Of a DNA stretch of 64,000 bases, positions 58,589-64,000 are shown piece by piece. The position numbers and the translations under genes are program-made. The stretch comes from Hyphomicrobiales bacterium (GTDB lineage: Bacteria > Pseudomonadota > Alphaproteobacteria > Rhizobiales > MH13), in the NCBI GenBank assembly GCA_965601715.1, contig OZ271835.1, positions 2,777,303-2,841,302 on the forward strand. Reading direction: 5' to 3'. The number at the start of each line of letters is the position of its first letter. Position 1 is the stretch's first letter. The notes under the pieces were generated by a model. The model did not search any database and had not been told where the DNA came from. It was given only the letters and a program-made list of their open reading frames with translations.

Positions 58589-59566
58589 ATGACCAAACCC
58601 GATCTCGGCAAAGTCGTCCTGACACTCGGCGATTGGCCGCCGGATGCCTGGCTGGAGCATTTGGGTCAGCATGTCCCACGCGAGGATATCCTGCTCAGCG
58701 ATGGCAAAGCGCCGCCGTCGCCCGAGATATGCGAGCAGGTGAAATACGCGGTGGCTTGGCATACGCCAGAAGGATTCTTTGGCAACTTTCCCAATCTGAA
58801 AGCTGTGCTTTCCACCGGCGCTGGAGTCGACCATTTGGTGGCGCGATCGGATTTGCCCAAAGAGGTGGCGATCATCCGCATCATCGATCCAGACCTAACT
58901 GGCCGTGTCACGGCATGGACCGTGATGAATGTGATCGCGCATCACCGCCAGGCGCTTGCCTATCTGGACGCGCAATCTCAGGCGAGATGGAAACCGCTGC
59001 CGCAAACATCAGCCCCCGATGTGCGCGTCGGCATTATGGGTTTTGGTGCCCTTGGCCAATCCGTAGCCAAGGTATTGGCGACGCTCGACTATGACCAAGC
59101 TGCCTGGGCGCGCACACCCAAGCCAGGTGCGTCAATCCCGGTGTTTGTGGGCGACGAAGGCCTGGACGCCTTTTTGGCGCGCACGGACATTCTAGTTTGC
59201 TTGCTTCCGCTGACCGATGACACACGTGGCATTTTGAATGCGGAGCTTTTTGCGAAGCTCCCGCAGGACGGCGCGACCGGCGGACCCGTCGTCATTAACG
59301 GTGGTCGCGGCGGCCATCAAAACGAAGAAGACCTAGCCGAGGGATTGCGCACAGGCGTTCTAAAAGGCGCATCGATTGACGTGTTTCATCAGGAGCCCCT
59401 TCCGAGTGATCATCCGCTTTGGACGGTGCCGAACATTCTGATCACGCCGCACACGGCGGGGATGAGCGCACCTGAATCGCTGCTAGGCGGGATGGTGGAG
59501 AACCTCATCGCCTTTGCCAACGGCGCGACGCTCGACAATCTGGTGGACCGTGAGGCGGGCTACTAG
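58589..59566 (+). CDS. ghrA: Glyoxylate/hydroxypyruvate reductase A (D-2-hydroxyacid dehydrogenase)
   Basis: GAGVDH, GFGALG, LLPLTDDTRGILN, NGGRG, DVFHQEPLP, TPH. Confidence 0.85.
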   Translation: MTKPDLGKVVLTLGDWPPDAWLEHLGQHVPREDILLSDGKAPPSPEICEQVKYAVAWHTPEGFFGNFPNLKAVLSTGAGVDHLVARSDLPKEVAIIRIIDPDLTGRVTAWTVMNVIAHHRQALAYLDAQSQARWKPLPQTSAPDVRVGIMGFGALGQSVAKVLATLDYDQAAWARTPKPGASIPVFVGDEGLDAFLARTDILVCLLPLTDDTRGILNAELFAKLPQDGATGGPVVINGGRGGHQNEEDLAEGLRTGVLKGASIDVFHQEPLPSDHPLWTVPNILITPHTAGMSAPESLLGGMVENLIAFANGATLDNLVDREAGY

Positions 59567-59569
59567 CGG

Positions 59570-60418
59570 CTATCGTAACCGCTTGATTGCTCGGGCCGTG
59601 CCGACACGCCCTTCCACTTCTGTCAGCGGCTCATAGGCCGTGCTCATGGCGAACGCGTTGGCGTGCAACATGATCGCATCGTCGGTCATGATGCCCACAT
59701 GTCCTGGCCAAAACACCAGGTCGCCGCGCTGAAGGGCGTCGGCGCGGTCCACTGGATCTCCAAGGTCAGCTTCCTGCATGTCGCTGTCGCGCGGCGCAGC
59801 CACTCCGGACTGCTGCAGGGCAATTTGAACCAGGGCTGAACAATCAATGCCAACGGCTGACCGCCCACCCCAAACATACGGGGTGCCGAGAAACATCTCG
59901 GCAACAGACACCCAATCGGAGATGCTTTCGCCTATCGCTCTAAGATGAGCACTGGGGATTGTGCCCGTATCGGTTTGTGCGAAGGGCGCCGAAGACCCAC
60001 GCACCTCGATTGCCGGATCTGTCGCCATTATTTTCGCACCCATCGGTATCGGGCCGGTTCCAAGCACCTTGATGCTGTCGGCTGTTGCGCGGGTCAACGG
60101 CGTGCTGACAAGATGGGTTGGTTGGGCATGGTCGTCGTGGACAAGGCTAAGCGCGCTGATCCAGCCAACATAGCCGTCGGTTTCCAGCTGACCCCACGCC
60201 CAATAACCTTCGGTTTGGTAGACGGTGAACCGCTCGCCAAAGAACGCTTGGGTGGTGCGCGATTCGCCCATCTCGTTGCTGAGAATATCGGTGAGTGGTT
60301 CAATGATTTTATGCGGCTTGCCCTCGACGAAGCTTTCAGCCGTTACACGACCTTCCAGGTGCTTCGCAGCGATGTCTGCTTTGTAGGGATGGCGGCGCGG
60401 GTCGAGATGATCGCTCAA
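59570..60418 (-). CDS. SH3 + NlpC/P60 cell-wall peptidase
   Basis: TPYVWGG, GIDCSAL (catalytic Cys), GHVG (His); N-terminal SH3-like region. Confidence 0.9.
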   Translation of the reverse strand: MSDHLDPRRHPYKADIAAKHLEGRVTAESFVEGKPHKIIEPLTDILSNEMGESRTTQAFFGERFTVYQTEGYWAWGQLETDGYVGWISALSLVHDDHAQPTHLVSTPLTRATADSIKVLGTGPIPMGAKIMATDPAIEVRGSSAPFAQTDTGTIPSAHLRAIGESISDWVSVAEMFLGTPYVWGGRSAVGIDCSALVQIALQQSGVAAPRDSDMQEADLGDPVDRADALQRGDLVFWPGHVGIMTDDAIMLHANAFAMSTAYEPLTEVEGRVGTARAIKRLR

Positions 60419-60816
60419 ACGCGCAATGCCTCCGCATGATCTGCGATGGTTTCGGCAAGCTGCTCGACGTACAATGCACCGTCAACTGTGCGCTGAATGA
60501 TAACATTACGCTTGTCAGCTTCGTCGCGTTTGCGGCTCACGAGTCCCATTGTGCCCATCGTGTCGAGCGCGCGGGTGATGACTGGCTTGGTCACTTGAAG
60601 CTTCGCGGCAAGGCCTCGTACCGTATGAGGCGGGGTTTCCAGATAGATCGTCAGCAGGATGAGCATCTGGCGCTCGGTCAAGTCACCAGCTTGGCTGCGC
60701 ACTCGCGTGAGGGCAACATCGTGCCAAAGGCGCAAAGCCTTAGGCGGCGTCAATCCAGCGCCGCGGCCAGGCAGGCCGCGCGCGGACGAGAAACTGGAAG
60801 ATGCGAACCCACTCAA
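60415..60816 (-). CDS. MarR-family regulator conserved between the M17 peptidase and NlpC/P60
   Basis: HTVRGLAAKLQVTKPVITRALDTMG...DKRNVII. Confidence 0.88.
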   Translation of the reverse strand: MSGFASSSFSSARGLPGRGAGLTPPKALRLWHDVALTRVRSQAGDLTERQMLILLTIYLETPPHTVRGLAAKLQVTKPVITRALDTMGTMGLVSRKRDEADKRNVIIQRTVDGALYVEQLAETIADHAEALRV

Positions 60817-60882
60817 CGCTACACGTGCTCCGCAGACAAACGTTTCGGCAGCGCAATTGATACCGCAAATGTGGGGTCAGAA

Positions 60883-62331
60883 TCAATCTGAGGCGCCGTA
60901 GCGCGCGGCAATAAGGTTAAACAGGGCACGCACGCCTTGCACGTCGCCACCCTCCGGGCGTCCGGGGCGTGCAGACGGCGTCCATCCATAAAGATCGACA
61001 TGGATCCAGTTTTTTGTCTTTTCGACAAAGTGGTTGAGGAACAGAGCAGCCGTGATTGCGCCGGCAAATGGCATGTTCCCAGTGTTGGAAATGTCGCCAA
61101 CCTTGCCTTTGATTGCGCTGTTGTAGCGGTCCCACAAGGGCATACGCCAAACCGGATCGTCTTGTTGCTTCGCCTGGGCGTCTAATTCCGCCGCCAGTTC
61201 CTCATTATGGGTGAAGTAAGGCGGCAAATCCGGCCCCAGCGCCACCCGTGCGGCCCCGGTCAGCGTAGCCATGTCGACAAGTAGATCGGGGGTTTCTTCG
61301 TCTGCCAGCGCCAGGGCGTCCGCAAGAATCAAGCGCCCTTCAGCATCGGTGTTCCCGACTTCCACAGATAGGCCTTTGCGGCTCGTGAGCACGTCGCCGG
61401 GCCGGAACGCGTGCGAGGCGATAGCGTTCTCAACACATGGTACCAACACCCGAAGACGAAGCGGGAGCTTCGCCTCCATAATCATCAAGGCCAGTGACAA
61501 CACCGCTGCCGCGCCGCCCATATCCTTCTTCATCAAAGACATGGAGTTGCCAGGTTTGATGTTGAGACCGCCACTGTCGAAACTGACACCTTTCCCGACA
61601 AGCGTTACGGTCGGCGCGTCATCTTCGCCGCCTTTCCAACGCATATCGACCAGGCGCGGTGCGTCCTTCGCGGCGGCACCAACCGTGTGCACCATCGGGA
61701 ACGGATTGTCTGGATCCAGCAGCGCGTCGCCTTCAATTACACGCACATCAGCATCGAACGCGTCCGCCAAACCAACCGCGCTGTCTGCCAAAGCTTGCGG
61801 CCCCAAAAGGTTGGCCGGGGTGTTGACGAGATCACGCCCAAACATGACGCCGCGGGCCTGGGTTATGGCTGTTTCGCGATCGGCATGTTCCGTAATCAAA
61901 TGAACGGGCCCACGCTTCGATGGTTTGAACGCAGTATAGCTGTAACTGCCCAAGAGGAACGCCGTCAGGGCAAGCGATGCGTCACCTAGTTCCGTCTCTA
62001 AGCGATAGGTCCCGGCTGGCAATCCAACTGCCAAACCGCCAAAAATAAATCCTGGGCGGAATACCTCATCATTATCGCGCTTCACGCCAACAAGAACGGC
62101 AATGATGGCACCGTCACCGTTGGGAAGGACCAAGACCTGTCCTGGCTTTCCCTCGAAACCCTGTACCTTGGCCCATTGTTGGATCGCTAATGTGTGTTTG
62201 GGCAGTTGGGCACAGGCGTCCTCCAATCCGTCAATGCAATAGAGCGGAATGGGTGTCGCATCTGTTGCGACACTGTCCGGTTTCGGAAGCATCGCTGATA
62301 GCACGTCCCGGTCGGGTGGAAATATGGCCAA
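60883..62331 (-). CDS. M17 leucyl aminopeptidase family protein
   Basis: VGKGVSFDSGG, MKKDMGGAA, NTDAEGRL, ATLTGA. Confidence 0.94.
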   Translation of the reverse strand: MAIFPPDRDVLSAMLPKPDSVATDATPIPLYCIDGLEDACAQLPKHTLAIQQWAKVQGFEGKPGQVLVLPNGDGAIIAVLVGVKRDNDEVFRPGFIFGGLAVGLPAGTYRLETELGDASLALTAFLLGSYSYTAFKPSKRGPVHLITEHADRETAITQARGVMFGRDLVNTPANLLGPQALADSAVGLADAFDADVRVIEGDALLDPDNPFPMVHTVGAAAKDAPRLVDMRWKGGEDDAPTVTLVGKGVSFDSGGLNIKPGNSMSLMKKDMGGAAAVLSLALMIMEAKLPLRLRVLVPCVENAIASHAFRPGDVLTSRKGLSVEVGNTDAEGRLILADALALADEETPDLLVDMATLTGAARVALGPDLPPYFTHNEELAAELDAQAKQQDDPVWRMPLWDRYNSAIKGKVGDISNTGNMPFAGAITAALFLNHFVEKTKNWIHVDLYGWTPSARPGRPEGGDVQGVRALFNLIAARYGASD

Positions 62332-62387
62332 GTGTCACCTCGCAAGAAGGCTCGCCCACGCTGGCAAACCTCTGATTTCGGACCAGT

Positions 62388-62409
62388 TTAAGTTTTCATT
62401 AGGGTTAAC
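62388..62409. promoter_or_regulatory. CtrA-like box TTAA-N7-TTAG plus GGTTAAC half-site upstream of tadD
   Basis: ttaa gttttca ttag ggttaac. Confidence 0.45.
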
Positions 62410-62523
62410 GGAATATTGCTGGACAGGAGCAGGTGGCAAGGCTTCGGAGCCTCGCGTGAGCCACCACCCACCGTTTTCTGACGTGCAAGGCGCACGTGAG
62501 CCAAGTCTAGGACGGCGCATCCG

Positions 62524-63339
62524 ATGGACCTGCATGTTCTTGCCAAACTGACATCCCCGCAAAGCATGCGCAAAGTGGCAGGGCTTTTGCTGGTCGGGAC
62601 GGCACTGGTTGTCGCTGGATGCAGCACGCCATCAAGCTCGTCGGGCGGGGCTACGACTGTAGAAGGCCGTGCTGAGCTGATGTCTGACGCGCAGCTACGC
62701 GAAGCGGTCGCCCATTGGGAGGGCCGTTACGACCGCGATCAGGACGACAAAGCTGCCGCTCTCAACTATGCAGCAGCACTGCGTGCGTCAGGCCGACATG
62801 ACCAAGCCGTGGCGATTTTGCGTCGGGCTGTCATTACCCACAGCGGCGACAGAGAAGTTCAAGCGTCCTATGCCAAGGCGCTGACAGCTGCTGGTCGATT
62901 CGAAGAAGCACTCCAAGTTATCAACCAAGCGCATTCAGACACGCGACCAGATTGGCGGTTGTTATCAGCCCAGGGAACCATTCTCGATCAGTTGGGCCGC
63001 CATGCTGAGGCCTATCAGTCCTATGCTGCGGCCCTTCGCATTGTGCCGGATGAGCCCACCATATTGAGCAATCTCGGCATGTCTTATGTGCTGCAAGGCA
63101 ACCTGGTCGAGGCCGAGCGGACCCTGCGCCAAGCACTTGCCAGCGGGCGTCAGGTAGACCCACGCGTACGTGGCAATCTCGCCTTGGTGGTTGGTTTGCA
63201 GGGTCGGTTTGACGAAGCAATGCAGATCGCGCAACAAGATCTGCCTCCTGCGCAGGCTGAGGCCAACATTCTATACTTGCGGCAGATGTTGTCAGAAGCG
63301 GACCGTTGGGGCCAAGTCGCCGCGGTCGACAGCCAATAA
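62524..63339 (+). CDS. tadD: TPR lipoprotein for Flp/Tad pilus assembly (TadD-like)
   Basis: Lipobox VAGC; TPR repeats; NLGMSY, RVRGNLALVVGLQGRF; convergent with tadC. Confidence 0.85.
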   Translation: MDLHVLAKLTSPQSMRKVAGLLLVGTALVVAGCSTPSSSSGGATTVEGRAELMSDAQLREAVAHWEGRYDRDQDDKAAALNYAAALRASGRHDQAVAILRRAVITHSGDREVQASYAKALTAAGRFEEALQVINQAHSDTRPDWRLLSAQGTILDQLGRHAEAYQSYAAALRIVPDEPTILSNLGMSYVLQGNLVEAERTLRQALASGRQVDPRVRGNLALVVGLQGRFDEAMQIAQQDLPPAQAEANILYLRQMLSEADRWGQVAAVDSQ

Positions 63340-63432
63340 CTTTACACGCAGTTTTACGCCGAGCGACGGTCAGCAAGACGCTGATGCGCTGCGCGTGAGC
63401 GCAGCAACGAAGTGCGTCAAGCTCTGGACCTA

Positions 63433-64000
63433 TTAGTCGAGACCCATCACCTGGATCGCGGCTGGGCCGATGATGACGATGAACAAGCAGGGAAGGAAAA
63501 AGACAATCATCGGTACCGTCAGTTTCGGCGGTAGTGCGGCGGCCTTTTTCTCGGCTTCTGCCATCCGCATATCCCGACTTTCTTTGGCCAACACACGTAG
63601 AGCTTGGCCCACTGGGGTACCATAATTGTCGGCTTGGATCAGCGAGGTTGTGACCGCCTTGACTGCCTCCAGCCCAGTCCGCTTACCGAGGTTCTCATAG
63701 GCTTTACGCCGGTCGTTGAGATAAGCGAGTTCGGCATTGGTCAGCGCGAGTTCTTCAGCCAATTCGATGGACTGAACAGCAACTTCATCCGCAACTTTCT
63801 TAAACGCCTGCTCGATAGACATCCCCGACTCAACGCAGATCAAAAGAAGGTCAAGAGCATCCGGCCAGGCACGCCTGATGGACAGCTGGCGCTTCTGGAT
63901 GCGGTTTTGGAGCATCAACTTTGGCAGATACATACCAACGCCGCCAACGCCCAAAGCAATAAAGAAACGGACGATCGCGGGCTGATCGAAACGATCAATG
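63433..64000 (-). CDS. tadC: Type II secretion F-family protein TadC, 3' part (truncated by window edge)
   Basis: WPDALDLLLICVESG, YGTPVGQALR, AEKKAAALPPKLTVP. Confidence 0.92.
   Translation of the reverse strand, partial: IDRFDQPAIVRFFIALGVGGVGMYLPKLMLQNRIQKRQLSIRRAWPDALDLLLICVESGMSIEQAFKKVADEVAVQSIELAEELALTNAELAYLNDRRKAYENLGKRTGLEAVKAVTTSLIQADNYGTPVGQALRVLAKESRDMRMAEAEKKAAALPPKLTVPMIVFFLPCLFIVIIGPAAIQVMGLD

Overview
Core-chromosome segment of an alphaproteobacterium, most likely Hyphomicrobiales/Rhizobiales. This rests on class I lysS, plant-type gshA, yejABEF with two yejA copies next to cycM-kdsB-pheA, and the tadC-tadD-M17 peptidase-MarR-NlpC/P60 gene order. The window holds about 70 CDSs, tRNA-Gly(CCC) and SRP RNA (ffs). 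I found no integrase, transposase, prophage structural gene or CRISPR array. Accessory-looking parts are a lower-GC patch after the tRNA (GIN-domain protein, PhyH-cupin-cupin fusion, GT2), an ECF sigma/anti-sigma block, a DUF3405-like gene and two tandem TadG-like VWA paralogues. The most notable items missed by the ORF track are: (1) a 36-aa lipoprotein in an ECF module that has two back-to-back copies of one promoter motif; (2) a 44-bp imperfect tandem repeat upstream of pheA whose copies fold into the same hairpin; (3) a conserved upstream motif duplicated along with the TadG-like genes. Family assignments come from motif recognition by eye, not from database searches, and several start codons are approximate.
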